Both the position numbers and the translations under genes were made by a program. The notes beneath the pieces were generated by a model. The model ran no database searches and was not told the DNA's origin. It saw only the letters and a program-made list of their open reading frames with translations. Below, in pieces: positions 38,501-47,110 of a stretch of DNA of 59,418 nt. The first letter of the stretch is position 1; each line of letters starts with the position of its first letter. The DNA comes from an uncultured Gammaproteobacteria bacterium (lineage in GTDB: Bacteria > Patescibacteriota > Patescibacteriia > JACPHY01), in contig CAZPCZ010000002.1 in NCBI GenBank assembly GCA_964585225.1, positions 1 through 59,418 of the forward strand, given 5' to 3'.

Positions 38501-40809
38501 TGCTTCGCGTCCGTGACCACCCGCAGTGTCACCGCACCGAGCGGCGGGATGAAGAATTCCTCTGGGATGCCGTACTCCACCTTCGTGTCCTGCGGCCCCA
38601 CCACGCCCCGCTCCATCACCGTGACAACGAACGTCTCGGGATCCTGACTCCCGAGCGTCGTACCCTTGGCATCGAGCCATTCCACGCGGGTGACGAAGGA
38701 AAACCTACCGCTCGCCTCCCTGCCGATGTTCTCCTGTTTCCATGTGATGGCCTTATCGGCGAGCGCGAGGTTCGAAACCGTGAGGTCTGGTTTCGGTTGC
38801 GGGAGCTGCTCGAGCAGCGCGCTGTTGTTCCCCTCATCCTTCTCCACCACGTCGCCCTTTGCATCGACGACCACCCGGAACTTCACCGCACCCGCGGGGG
38901 GGTTGCGGAAGTCCGCGGGAATGTCTTCGAGTAGCGCTTGACCACCGAAGAGCTGTTCGATCGCCGTCTGCATGGTCTGCTCAGCGAGTACCCGACCGTC
39001 CGCAGCGAGCCACGCGAGTGTCGTGCGGTAGGAGATGCCTCCCTCCGCCGTGTCCCCGAGGTTCTTGACCTTCCACGTGATCGCGTCATCTGTGAGTGTG
39101 AGCGCGATGACCGTGAGGTCGGGCAGAGGGACGCTGAGGAGCACGGTGTTGTTCGCTTCGTTCGACTCCGCGATGCGATTCGGTCCGTCCACCCACACCT
39201 TGAGACCGGTGACGCCGGGTACTGGTGCGGCGAGAATCGCCGCGAAGGGCGACTCGACGACGCGATCCCCGCGAGCAGGCACGCCCCAGACGCGCAGGTT
39301 CGCGGAGTCGATGAGCACCGATTGCTTCGCCGCAATGTCACGAGGCTCGTCGTACCAGAACGGCCCGAGCTCGCGCTCGCCGTCCGCGTTCACCCACTCG
39401 AACCAGAAGGAGACTGGAGCCCGCGCGGGACCGGCACTCGTGTTCACCGCGATGAACCGAAGGCGACCGGCTGTAAACGATGCGTCGCGGATCGTGAGGT
39501 CCGGATCCGGCTGCTTCGACACGACGGTTGCGATATTGTTGCCTTCGTTGGACTCCGCGAGCGCTCGCTCGGAGTCGATCGTGATGCGCAGGAGCTCGGC
39601 ACCCGACGGCTGGTTGTGCAGGAACGTGCTGAGGTACTGGTACGCCTGACGGTTCCCGCTTCCGGAAAACACAGTGACGCCCTTTGAGGAGAACGGGCGT
39701 TCCTCTTTCGGGCCGAGCGCGCCGGTCAGCGCTGCGTACTCCCGACCGACGGGGATCCCATCCGGCGTCACCCACTGGAATCCGATCATGAATGAACCGG
39801 TGCCAGCATCGGACGCGTTCGCGGATGTGAGCGTGAGCGTGTCGCCGAAGAGCACCGCATCGCGGATGGTGAGGTCCGGCATCGCAACGCGCAGGAGCAC
39901 GGCGTTGTTCTGCTCATTCGATTCCGTCACGGTCCCCGCGTCATCGAGCGTGATCTTGAGCTGCGCCGCCTTCGCCGGACGACGCCCGAGGTACCAGTCG
40001 AGCCGATCGCCAGCCTGCCCCCCGCTCTCGGAAATGTACGACGCGTCCGTGCGCATCGTCTGCAACGTCGCCTCCGCTCCGGATTCAGGCTCGAGGGCAT
40101 ATACCCACCGCGTCGCGGCCTGCACCGCGCCCGCGTCATCCACCCACGTGAATCCGATACGGAACGACTGCGCGATGACCGCGGGGTTCGCGTTCCGGTA
40201 CTTCAGCTCCACTCTACTCGCGTCCGTAAATCCGGCTGCGGTGATCTGGAGGTCCGGCAGCGAGAACTTCAACGCCGCGATATTGTTCGTCTCGTCCGTC
40301 TCACCGATGCGGTCCCCATCATCTACGGTCACGCGGAGTTCGACCGCCGTGTCTGGTCGCTCTGCGACGAAGGCCGAGAGGCGACGGCCGTACACGCCAT
40401 CGCGCCGCTTGTACGAGAGCTCCGTGCGGTACTTCGTGTCGAGGATCGCAACCCCGCCGCGCTCCACCTCCGGCTGCGGAAGCCAGTGACGCACACCAAT
40501 CGACTGGCCAGCCGCGTCGTACCACTGGAACCCCACCTCGTATCGCCGTCGGTCGTACACGCCGGTCGCATTCACGTACTCGACATGGAGGTTTCGTCCG
40601 TCGAACGTCGCGACGGTGATCTTGAGGTCCGGACGCTCGCCCGTGAGCGTCGGGGACACCGCCCGCGATGGCCCGCGGGTGGCTGCGTGCGCGCTCGGAA
40701 CCCACGCCGCAACAACAAGCGCCGCGGTGAACAAGGCGGCTGCGATGACGAACCGGGGGGTGAACCACGAAGCGGTCCGGGTTGCGTAGAGCATACGCGG
40801 TGGTCTCAA
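35506..40809 (-). CDS. Large secreted/surface protein with ~13 CARDB modules and one PKD-like domain
   Basis: Signal peptide; 13 units of PDL...E[STAK][ND]ExNN; PVADAG...SKDPDGKIVKWAW...VTLTVTDNGG PKD signature. Confidence 0.9.
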   Translation of the reverse strand: MRPPRMLYATRTASWFTPRFVIAAALFTAALVVAAWVPSAHAATRGPSRAVSPTLTGERPDLKITVATFDGRNLHVEYVNATGVYDRRRYEVGFQWYDAAGQSIGVRHWLPQPEVERGGVAILDTKYRTELSYKRRDGVYGRRLSAFVAERPDTAVELRVTVDDGDRIGETDETNNIAALKFSLPDLQITAAGFTDASRVELKYRNANPAVIAQSFRIGFTWVDDAGAVQAATRWVYALEPESGAEATLQTMRTDASYISESGGQAGDRLDWYLGRRPAKAAQLKITLDDAGTVTESNEQNNAVLLRVAMPDLTIRDAVLFGDTLTLTSANASDAGTGSFMIGFQWVTPDGIPVGREYAALTGALGPKEERPFSSKGVTVFSGSGNRQAYQYLSTFLHNQPSGAELLRITIDSERALAESNEGNNIATVVSKQPDPDLTIRDASFTAGRLRFIAVNTSAGPARAPVSFWFEWVNADGERELGPFWYDEPRDIAAKQSVLIDSANLRVWGVPARGDRVVESPFAAILAAPVPGVTGLKVWVDGPNRIAESNEANNTVLLSVPLPDLTVIALTLTDDAITWKVKNLGDTAEGGISYRTTLAWLAADGRVLAEQTMQTAIEQLFGGQALLEDIPADFRNPPAGAVKFRVVVDAKGDVVEKDEGNNSALLEQLPQPKPDLTVSNLALADKAITWKQENIGREASGRFSFVTRVEWLDAKGTTLGSQDPETFVVTVMERGVVGPQDTKVEYGIPEEFFIPPLGAVTLRVVTDAKHTIGESDEGNNIVTITIPAHRPDLAVTNLAHTGDAITWKQENIGDAVSGKFSFVTLVEWLDTNGTTLARQEPETFTPKLLPKGVVGAQDTRVAYGIPASFFAPPRGAVKLRVTVDPKNTVAEKDEGNNAVEIAIPESALKRPDLTFSRVFIPEGRSWLAVEYKNLESAVGSPEFSWAMYWVDASGKRLGTPYEGTRPALKAWGSSGASSDTDVPLGKWLAQPKPAGATQLEIVIDPENRIAESDETNNRTTFDGWSPPKRETPKLPDLTITKATFDTAALRFQYHNRGDGEARPGVSFWYEWVDAAGRRVSELRWINIGGMGPRTTSEGNQLLDFADLDGERGKIFLGEFVANAPESATHLKLTIDGPNAHAEANEQNNSVLLPNLVLLRPDLILRDAALSREKLKVTIVNVGKGTAERVMWQFVWRGKNSEALATSEIEAAVGTLKPGASYPVELPIANARAFGIFRFLRDMPNGSVALEIAVDPKGAIAESDERNNTARVVLPSQSDLVVSDVEVRDGALHLGARNVGTADAKATDAWLMWFGVKGALPSSGAVDLPAIAAGKETTVVVPLDGSQKASRILRDPPTDGTRLRIFLDGSRKVDEANEQNNDAWLDRAKLATTANQLPVADAGEDITERDDDGDGKEMTRFYSRNSKDPDGKIVKWAWTVAGREVATGQFPYWRDVPVGTHEVTLTVTDNGGLTATDTVRVTVQPKPATQPDLALDAFTMTPTQPKPGDTVTFTVRVVNRSTISVGTVSSVSFDIWTDSKYRTQLAQPVVRDLAPGESQEFHWNDPKDRSYHWKPQAGSHRISVCVDNMKLITESNEQNNCSAVNVVVRAPEPVAPKQADLVVERISVTPAKPVVGDAALTFTAVVRNIGGAASDASVAYLSLDLGDDDDLEGAPEPEDVPAIAAGTTKTVTWQGEAAVAGTHRIEVCADVAEDVEEANEENNCREQTFTVGGAASATPARTVASPFRSILGAILSGLATPIVAGGGP

Positions 40810-40884
40810 ATCATGAGAGAGACTCAGTATAGCAGGAAATCGAGTGACCCGCCACGTGGCGGGTCACTCGTGTCTCCTGACACG

Positions 40885-41931
40885 CTACCTCCCGATGTCC
40901 CGCAGTAATGGCAACCCGTTCGCGGGATTCGTTGGGACGTAGATCGTGCCCGGGCGGTCCTTGAGCGACTCGATGTACTTGAAGTGGAGGTACTCCGGCG
41001 TGAGCGAGGTGGTGATGATCCGCTGCGCGTCGCGCTGGCCCTCGGCCTCGATGCGCTTGCGCTCTGCTTCCTTCTTCGCGGTCTGGAGTGTGAACTCGTA
41101 GCGTTGCGCCTCCTGCTCCGCGGTGAGCTTCTCCTGGATGCTCTCGGTCAGCCGCTCCGGCAGTGCGACATCGCGGAGCAGTACCTCCTCGAGCGTGATC
41201 CCGCGCGGTTCGAGGTCCTTCGCAATGAGTTCACGGAGTTTTCGTGCAACTTCCTCACGCTTCGCGGAGTAGATGTCCTTCGCTTCGAACTCCGCAACGG
41301 TCGAACGGATCGCGCTCCGGATGATCGGCCGTACGATGCGATCGCGATACTGCGGCCCCACCTCGCGGAAGATGTCCGATGCCTTCGCCTCTTGGAGTCG
41401 GTACAGTACGGTGAGGTCGAGCGAGACATCCAGTCCTTCCTTCGTGAGGACGGTGAGCGTGTCGCCCGAACCGCCTTCGCGCGTCTTCGTCATGGAGAAC
41501 TCTTCGGTACGGATGCTCATCTTCTCGACGCGTGCGAGCGGGTTCACGAGGTGGATGCCGCTCCGGAGCTCGGCATCACGGACCTTGCCGAACAGGTGCA
41601 CGACGCCGGTTTGTCCCGCACCAATGACCACCACGCTCGATGCGAGAACAACGAGCACGACAACCGCGACGATAACCCACGGGGCTTTGGAACGCATAGT
41701 GTTGAGGATAGTGGAAGTAGTACCAGTCGAAATGACGCGCGAACGGCCTGCCCCGGCCCGCGCGTCGGAGCCACTCCATTGCGCGCGACGGAGAAAGAAG
41801 TAGATCGCCCCGATGACGAGGAGGGGGAAGAAGTACTTGCCGAACAGTGTGAGCGCGATGGTGATCCCGATGATCGCGCCAACGATCTGCTGCGGCCGCA
41901 GGTTCCGAAGCCACTCGGGGGTTGGAGGCAT
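40885..41931 (-). CDS. SPFH/prohibitin (band 7) family membrane protein
   Basis: GQTGVVHLFGKV, TKEGLDVSLD, ITLEEVLLRDV, EAEGQRDAQ. Confidence 0.92.
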   Translation of the reverse strand: MPPTPEWLRNLRPQQIVGAIIGITIALTLFGKYFFPLLVIGAIYFFLRRAQWSGSDARAGAGRSRVISTGTTSTILNTMRSKAPWVIVAVVVLVVLASSVVVIGAGQTGVVHLFGKVRDAELRSGIHLVNPLARVEKMSIRTEEFSMTKTREGGSGDTLTVLTKEGLDVSLDLTVLYRLQEAKASDIFREVGPQYRDRIVRPIIRSAIRSTVAEFEAKDIYSAKREEVARKLRELIAKDLEPRGITLEEVLLRDVALPERLTESIQEKLTAEQEAQRYEFTLQTAKKEAERKRIEAEGQRDAQRIITTSLTPEYLHFKYIESLKDRPGTIYVPTNPANGLPLLRDIGR

Positions 41932-41964
41932 AGTGTATGCAAAAGGGTGCTCAACGTATCGTTC

Positions 41965-43149
41965 TCACTGTACATCACGACGGGGGCCCGAGAACAGTCG
42001 AGGGGCGGGGAGCCATCGCACGTCGTCAATGGATGCCGCATTCGTAAGGAGCATAACAAGGCGATCGACGCCGAGGGCCATGCCGGCCGTCGGTGGCATG
42101 CGGCGGAGGGCGGCGATGAAATCCATGTCGATCGGGTAGACCGGCTTCCCGAGTTTCCGGCGGAGGCGCTGATCGGCCCGGAATCGCGCGAGTTGTTCAT
42201 CTGCGTCGGTGAGCTCTGAAAATCCGTTCGCGATCTCGAGACCACCGATGTAGAGCTCGACGCGCTCAGCGTAGCGCGGGTCTTTGGATTTCTTCCGCGC
42301 AAGCGCAGCCATCTGCACGGGCCAGTCAAGGAGGAATGTCGGACGCGTTCTCCCAAGTTTCGGCTCCACCTCCGTGAGGTGGATCTTGAAAAAGAGATCG
42401 TCGAAGGTATCGTCCGTCGTCACCGTATATCCCTTCGCGCGACATACTCTCGCCATCGCCGCGCGTGCCCCGCGAAAGTGGCCAACCCCCGGGGTTGGCC
42501 ACTTTGTGGACCCGAGGAGGTGATCGAGGTCGAGCTTCGCGTACCGCTTCCACGCCTGACGCATGGTAAGCCGCTCCCAGGGCGTGGTGAGGTTGATGGA
42601 TTGGCCTCGGTAGGAAATCTTGAATTTTGAATTTTGAATTTGTTTGGAATTTGTCCGCCAGAGGCGGATCCGCCTTTGGCGGAGAATTTGGTTCTTGGTC
42701 ATTCCGCGATGCTCGTCGGGGAGGATAGCGTCGAGGAGATGGGAGAGCAACGTCTCACAGTCAACCATGAGCGCCCGGTAGTCCGCATCACGGTGGTACC
42801 ATTCGAGCATCGTGAACTCGGGATTGTGCGTGCCGCCCCAGGGCTCACCGTCACGAAAGACCGGACCGATTTCAAAAAGACCTGGCGCCTGACACCTGAC
42901 ACCTGACACCTGACCAAGGCACTTCTTCAGTGAAAACTCCGGACTCATGCGGAGAAAGGCATCATGCGCACGTCCGCGCTCGTCATGGACCGTCGTCCGC
43001 AGGGGTTCAAGGTACGGCTCCTGCGATGGATGTGCGAGCATCACCGGAGTCTCAACCTCTAAAAAATTCCGCGCCCAAAAAAACTCACGGATCCCTCGCA
43101 GGATCCGGTGCCGCTCCATGAGTCGATCCTGTTGCGTACGATCCGTCAT
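41965..43149 (-). CDS. epmA: EF-P lysine aminoacylase EpmA/GenX with three in-frame repeat inserts
   Basis: FLEVETP, LRMSPEFSLK, FRDGE..THNPEFTMLEWY, ERVELYIGGLEIANGFSEL, GMALGVDRL; no anticodon-binding domain. Inserts at 42475-42505, 42617-42703, 42888-42915. Confidence 0.88.
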   Translation of the reverse strand: MTDRTQQDRLMERHRILRGIREFFWARNFLEVETPVMLAHPSQEPYLEPLRTTVHDERGRAHDAFLRMSPEFSLKKCLGQVSGVRCQAPGLFEIGPVFRDGEPWGGTHNPEFTMLEWYHRDADYRALMVDCETLLSHLLDAILPDEHRGMTKNQILRQRRIRLWRTNSKQIQNSKFKISYRGQSINLTTPWERLTMRQAWKRYAKLDLDHLLGSTKWPTPGVGHFRGARAAMARVCRAKGYTVTTDDTFDDLFFKIHLTEVEPKLGRTRPTFLLDWPVQMAALARKKSKDPRYAERVELYIGGLEIANGFSELTDADEQLARFRADQRLRRKLGKPVYPIDMDFIAALRRMPPTAGMALGVDRLVMLLTNAASIDDVRWLPAPRLFSGPRRDVQ

Positions 43150-43409
43150 TCCGGGATGTACGGCATCAACGCCATGACCCGTGCGCGTTTGATGGCCGTC
43201 TTCAGCTTCCGCTGGTGCGCGGTGCACACGCCGGAGCGGCGCGTCGGGGCAATCTTCTTGTACGAGGACACGAACCGCCCGAGGAGCTGCACATCCTTGT
43301 AGTCCGGCTCCTCGATGTGGTGGATGCAGAAGAAGCAGTGCCGCTGCTCGGGGATGATGCGGCTCTTGCGTTTCGTACGTGATGGCGGCGCATTCGGAGG
43401 GAGTGACAT
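43146..43409 (-). CDS. rpsR: 30S ribosomal protein S18 (Zn-binding type)
   Basis: CFFC...DYKDV...KIAPTRRSGVCTAHQRKLKTAIKRAR. Confidence 0.96.
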   Translation of the reverse strand: MSLPPNAPPSRTKRKSRIIPEQRHCFFCIHHIEEPDYKDVQLLGRFVSSYKKIAPTRRSGVCTAHQRKLKTAIKRARVMALMPYIPE

Positions 43410-43411
43410 GG

Positions 43412-43487
43412 GAGTTATGAGTGATGAGTTATGAGTGATGAGTTGATCGCCCTTCCCCCTTCACTCGTCCCTCTTCCCTCTTCACTT
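43412..43487. repeat. Heptamer inverted-repeat element between ssb and rpsR
   Basis: (GAGTGAT/GAGTTAT)n-GATCG-(TTCCCTC/TTCACTC)n; near copy at 43941-44015. Confidence 0.85.
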
Positions 43488-43940
43488 CTAAAACGGTATC
43501 TCCTCCACTTTGAGCTCGTCCTTTGCGACCATCTCCGCTGGCATCTCCTCCTCGGCCGCATTCGGCGGTGCTGCGGGCTGTCGCTTGTTGAACTGCTGGG
43601 TCCCGCCGCCGGGCGCGCGGTCGAGCATGATCATGTTCTCCGCGACGATCTCCGTGCGGTTGCGCTTCGTGCCATCCTGCGCGGTCCACTCGCGGGTCTT
43701 CATGCGACCCTCGACGTACACCTTGCGCCCACGCCCGAGGTACTGCGCGCAAATCTCTGCGAGCCGACCGAACGCGACGACGTTGTGGAACTCCGCCTCA
43801 TCGTGACGCACCCCCTGCGGATCCACGAACGCACGGTTCGTCGCAACACCGAACGTGCAGACGTTCGTGCCGCCCGCGGTCGTGCGCGATTCTGGATCTC
43901 GCGTGAGGTTCCCGATGACCATGACCTTATTGAGCGTCAT
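43488..43940 (-). CDS. ssb: Single-stranded DNA-binding protein
   Basis: LNKVMVIGNLTRDPE...C-terminal EEIPF. Confidence 0.97.
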   Translation of the reverse strand: MTLNKVMVIGNLTRDPESRTTAGGTNVCTFGVATNRAFVDPQGVRHDEAEFHNVVAFGRLAEICAQYLGRGRKVYVEGRMKTREWTAQDGTKRNRTEIVAENMIMLDRAPGGGTQQFNKRQPAAPPNAAEEEMPAEMVAKDELKVEEIPF

Positions 43941-44015
43941 AGAAGTGATGAGTGATGAGTTACGAGTGATGAGTTGATCGTTCCCTCTTCACTCTTCCCT
44001 CTTCACTCTTCCCTT
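43941..44015. repeat. Heptamer inverted-repeat element between rpsF and ssb
   Basis: GAGTGATGAGTTACGAGTGATGAGTTGATCG-TTCCCTCTTCACTCTTCCCTCTTCACTC. Confidence 0.85.
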
Positions 44016-44017
44016 GC

Positions 44018-44482
44018 TTAGACCATTTCCTTCCCCAAAATCTCCTCGAGCTTCTTGTCGAGGTCTTCGATCGCCGATGGCTCGGCGACGGGCGCGGTGA
44101 CCGCGGCGGCACGTTCGGCGACCGCTGCCTTCGCCTCTCGCTCGCGCGCCTTCGCGCGCTCCATGACCTCGATCTGCGCGCCGACCGCGCGTGCCTTCTC
44201 GCTCTTCACGGTCACGAGGCACCGGAGGACGAACGGGAGGAGCCGGAACTCGCGTTCAATCTCCTTCACCGCGGGTCCGGACGCGGTGAACTCGACGAGC
44301 GCGTACTCGCCCGCCTGGTTCCGCTTGACGGGGTACGCGAGTCGCTGCCGCGCAACCTCACGCGTCGTCACGACGGATCCACCGTTCGCCTGAATGACCT
44401 TCACCGCCTGTTCGCGGATTGCGGTGCGATCGGCCTCGCGATCCTGCAGTGGCGTGAGGAAGAGGAGTTCGTAGGATTGCAT
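44018..44482 (-). CDS. rpsF: 30S ribosomal protein S6
   Basis: MQSYELLFL...RLAYPVK...VLRCLV; rpsF-ssb-rpsR order. Confidence 0.93.
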   Translation of the reverse strand: MQSYELLFLTPLQDREADRTAIREQAVKVIQANGGSVVTTREVARQRLAYPVKRNQAGEYALVEFTASGPAVKEIEREFRLLPFVLRCLVTVKSEKARAVGAQIEVMERAKAREREAKAAVAERAAAVTAPVAEPSAIEDLDKKLEEILGKEMV

Positions 44483-44567
44483 AGCTCGCGGTCACCGTAC
44501 CATCCGCTCGGGGGACGCGCAACCCTCCACCGCGATCCCGGTGGAGGGACGGTGGACGATCAGAGGA

Positions 44568-45737
44568 TTACCGCAAATAGCGGAATGGGTTCACGCGAGC
44601 GCCGTTCGCGAACACTTCGAGGTGGATGTGCGGACCGGTCGAACGCCCGGTTGACCCGACGAGCGCGATCACTTGTCCGCGGCTCACCGGCTGCCCCTTC
44701 GTCACGAGGAGCTTCGAGTTGTGCGCGTAGCGCGTCTGGAGTCCGTTCCCATGGTCAACGAGCACCTGGTAGCCATAGCCGCGGATCCATCCGGATGAGA
44801 CGACCGTACCGGCCTCGGACGCGAACACCGACGTCCCGTGCGCAACCGCGATATCAATGCCGTGGTGCCGCCACGTGAAGTACTGCGAGATGCGGTACCC
44901 GCCCTCGGATGGCCAGAGGAACTTCCCCGCAATGGACGGGAGCGGGAGCGCGGGTCGCGCCGGACGACGGATGACCGGCGGCGCGACAACGGCGGGCGGA
45001 CGACCGCCCGGAATGATGAGGAGGTCACCGACATCAATGTCATCCGCGTCGACGAGTCGGTTGAACTCGAGGATTTCCTCGGCATCCGCGCCGAACCGCT
45101 TCGCGATCGCCTCGAGGGTGTCCACGCGACGCACGGTGTACGACACGCCGTCGGTCGGCAGGATCCGAAGCACATCACCCGGACGGATCGTGCTCCACGC
45201 CGAGAGCGCGTTCTCCCAGAGAACCGTCGCGGTTTGCAGCCCGAACCGCTCCGCGATCGTGGATGGGGTGTCGCCGGGCTCCACGGTGTACGTCTGGATA
45301 CCAGCGCGTCCGGTCTCCTCGACCGCCGTGTCCGTGAGGATCGGCTGGATGAGCGCGAAGCCGGTCGTTGATGGTGGAGTGTCGGCAACCGCCTCTGCCG
45401 CGAGCACGGTTGGCTGGAACGCCGTCGAAACGCTCGCGAGCCGGAACGTCGGCCGCTGCGTCGGCAATGCCGGGCCCTCGACGATCTCCTCTGCGAGGTC
45501 TTCCTCCTCGCTCGTAATGAAGGCGGAGAGGAGCGCGCGTTCGCCGATGAACCCGCCGAACTCCCGCGCGTGGATCGTCTGCGCGGCGATGCCGAGCACG
45601 ACGACGGCGAAAATACCCTGGAGTATGAGTCGGCTCGTGAGGAATCGCACCACGATCCCCGTCGCGTTGAGCCGACCGTGGACCCCCACCCGGCGCATCG
45701 TCCACCACAGCCGGTAGAACGGAATGAGCGCGCGCAC
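44568..45737 (-). CDS. LysM + M23 peptidase
   Basis: Two LysM domains (YTVEPGDT, YTVRRVDTL); HHGIDI, YAHNS, STGPHIHLEV. Frame is open upstream to ~45890. Confidence 0.92.
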   Translation of the reverse strand: MRALIPFYRLWWTMRRVGVHGRLNATGIVVRFLTSRLILQGIFAVVVLGIAAQTIHAREFGGFIGERALLSAFITSEEEDLAEEIVEGPALPTQRPTFRLASVSTAFQPTVLAAEAVADTPPSTTGFALIQPILTDTAVEETGRAGIQTYTVEPGDTPSTIAERFGLQTATVLWENALSAWSTIRPGDVLRILPTDGVSYTVRRVDTLEAIAKRFGADAEEILEFNRLVDADDIDVGDLLIIPGGRPPAVVAPPVIRRPARPALPLPSIAGKFLWPSEGGYRISQYFTWRHHGIDIAVAHGTSVFASEAGTVVSSGWIRGYGYQVLVDHGNGLQTRYAHNSKLLVTKGQPVSRGQVIALVGSTGRSTGPHIHLEVFANGARVNPFRYLR

Positions 45738-46013
45738 GAAGCGACCGCCGAGACCCGTGTTCCCGGCGGCAATGCGGTGCCCAAACCACCCGAGCGCGCG
45801 CCCGATGGCGAAGAGCCACTCGATGCACTTCAGGCAAACTGCGATGGCGGTTTTCTTGAGTGATCGTGCGATAGAGAGAGTAAGTTTTATTGGCGTTTCC
45901 GCATCCGCTCAGGAGTGCGGAAATGCGGGCCTGTGGACAACGCTGCCGGAAAACAAAAGCACCTGGAGTTCCAGCGCAAGGACGAGCGCAACTGGGCTTC
46001 CAGGACTGCCACC

Positions 46014-46042
46014 ATCCTACCACAGAATCGCCCCCCGGTCAA
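46014..46042 (-). promoter_or_regulatory. sigma70-like promoter for the M23 gene
   Basis: TTGACC-17-TAGGAT. Confidence 0.55.
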
Positions 46043-46048
46043 CCGTCG

Positions 46049-46798
46049 TCAAGCGCGAAATGTCAGGCGATGGTTGACAGAGGTACCGAATTTCCTGATG
46101 GCTTCCCTATGGGCAACTGTCGCGTACCCCCGATGCGCCGCGAAGCCGTACTGAGGGAACTCGCGGTCGAGCTCGTCCATGTGCGCATCGCGTGTGCATT
46201 TCGCAATGATGGATGCCGCGGCGATGGATTTCACGAGCCGATCACCGTGGATGATGCCGCATTGCGGGATGGAGAGGTTGGGAATGGTCCATGCGTCGAC
46301 GAGCGCGAACCAATCCCCCACGTTCGTCATTTCGACCGGAACATTCTCCTCCCGTTCCGTCATTTCTGCGCCATGAACGCATTCGCCTTTGGCGGAGACC
46401 GTCCAGTGGAGCGGAGAAATCTCCGATCGATCGGGGATCTCTCGACTGCGCTGCGACTCCGCTCGAGATGACGGATGGCCAAGGAACGCGCGTACCGCGC
46501 GTTCCATCGCCAGATACGTCGCTTGCCGAATGTTCAGCCGATCAATCTCCTCAACGGACGCGCTCCCGATCGCCCAACGGTACCCGCGTCGGCGAAACTC
46601 CACGAGGAGGCGCTCGCGCTGCTGGCGCGAGAGGAGTTTCGAATCGCGAATGAGCCCCAGACGAGAATCGAGCGGCAAGACGCACGCCGCAGCAACCACC
46701 GGCCCCGCAAGACACCCGCACCCCGCCTCATCAACACCGATCGGGACATGCCCCAATGCGATGAGCTCGCGCTCGTGGATGAATGTCGGAGGACGCAT
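46049..46798 (-). CDS. rnhB: Ribonuclease HII with a 49-codon in-frame insert
   Basis: GVDEAGCGCLAGPVVAAA, DSKLLS, LVDAW, GDRLVKSIAAASIIAK, HRGYAT; insert 46326-46472. Confidence 0.93.
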   Translation of the reverse strand: MRPPTFIHERELIALGHVPIGVDEAGCGCLAGPVVAAACVLPLDSRLGLIRDSKLLSRQQRERLLVEFRRRGYRWAIGSASVEEIDRLNIRQATYLAMERAVRAFLGHPSSRAESQRSREIPDRSEISPLHWTVSAKGECVHGAEMTEREENVPVEMTNVGDWFALVDAWTIPNLSIPQCGIIHGDRLVKSIAAASIIAKCTRDAHMDELDREFPQYGFAAHRGYATVAHREAIRKFGTSVNHRLTFRA

Positions 46799-46953
46799 GC
46801 ACCTGCAGGATACCACTGCGCGGTACAGCTCCCTTGACCCCTCCACCGATGCGCGCCACACTGGAGATGCAGCGCGTACCCATCGGTACGCTGTTTGTTT
46901 CCTCAGGTTCACCCTGAGCGAAGCGAAGGGTCTCTCACGCCGGAAAGTAGCTG

Positions 46954-47058
46954 TTGAGAAATGAGAACGTGGTTATGGAGAATGGAAACGAGAAAGTGGA
47001 ATCCTTCATCTCCAATTTCCATTACCATTTTCTATCTTCCATACAGCCAATTTCTCAA
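46954..47058. repeat. Heptamer inverted-repeat element upstream of hppA
   Basis: TTGAGAAAT/ATTTCTCAA ends; ATGGAGA ATGGAAA versus TCTCCAA TTTCCAT TTTCTAT. Confidence 0.75.
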
Positions 47059-47110
47059 ATTCGTAAGATCCTTCGTCAGTCTTCGGCTTCCTCAGGATAA
47101 ACTCGTATCT

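Noticed and set aside
38080-38790. Possible DGR template/variable repeat pair in the CARDB gene
   Set aside because: Mismatches are not adenine-specific, both copies are in-frame modules, and no reverse transcriptase is in the window
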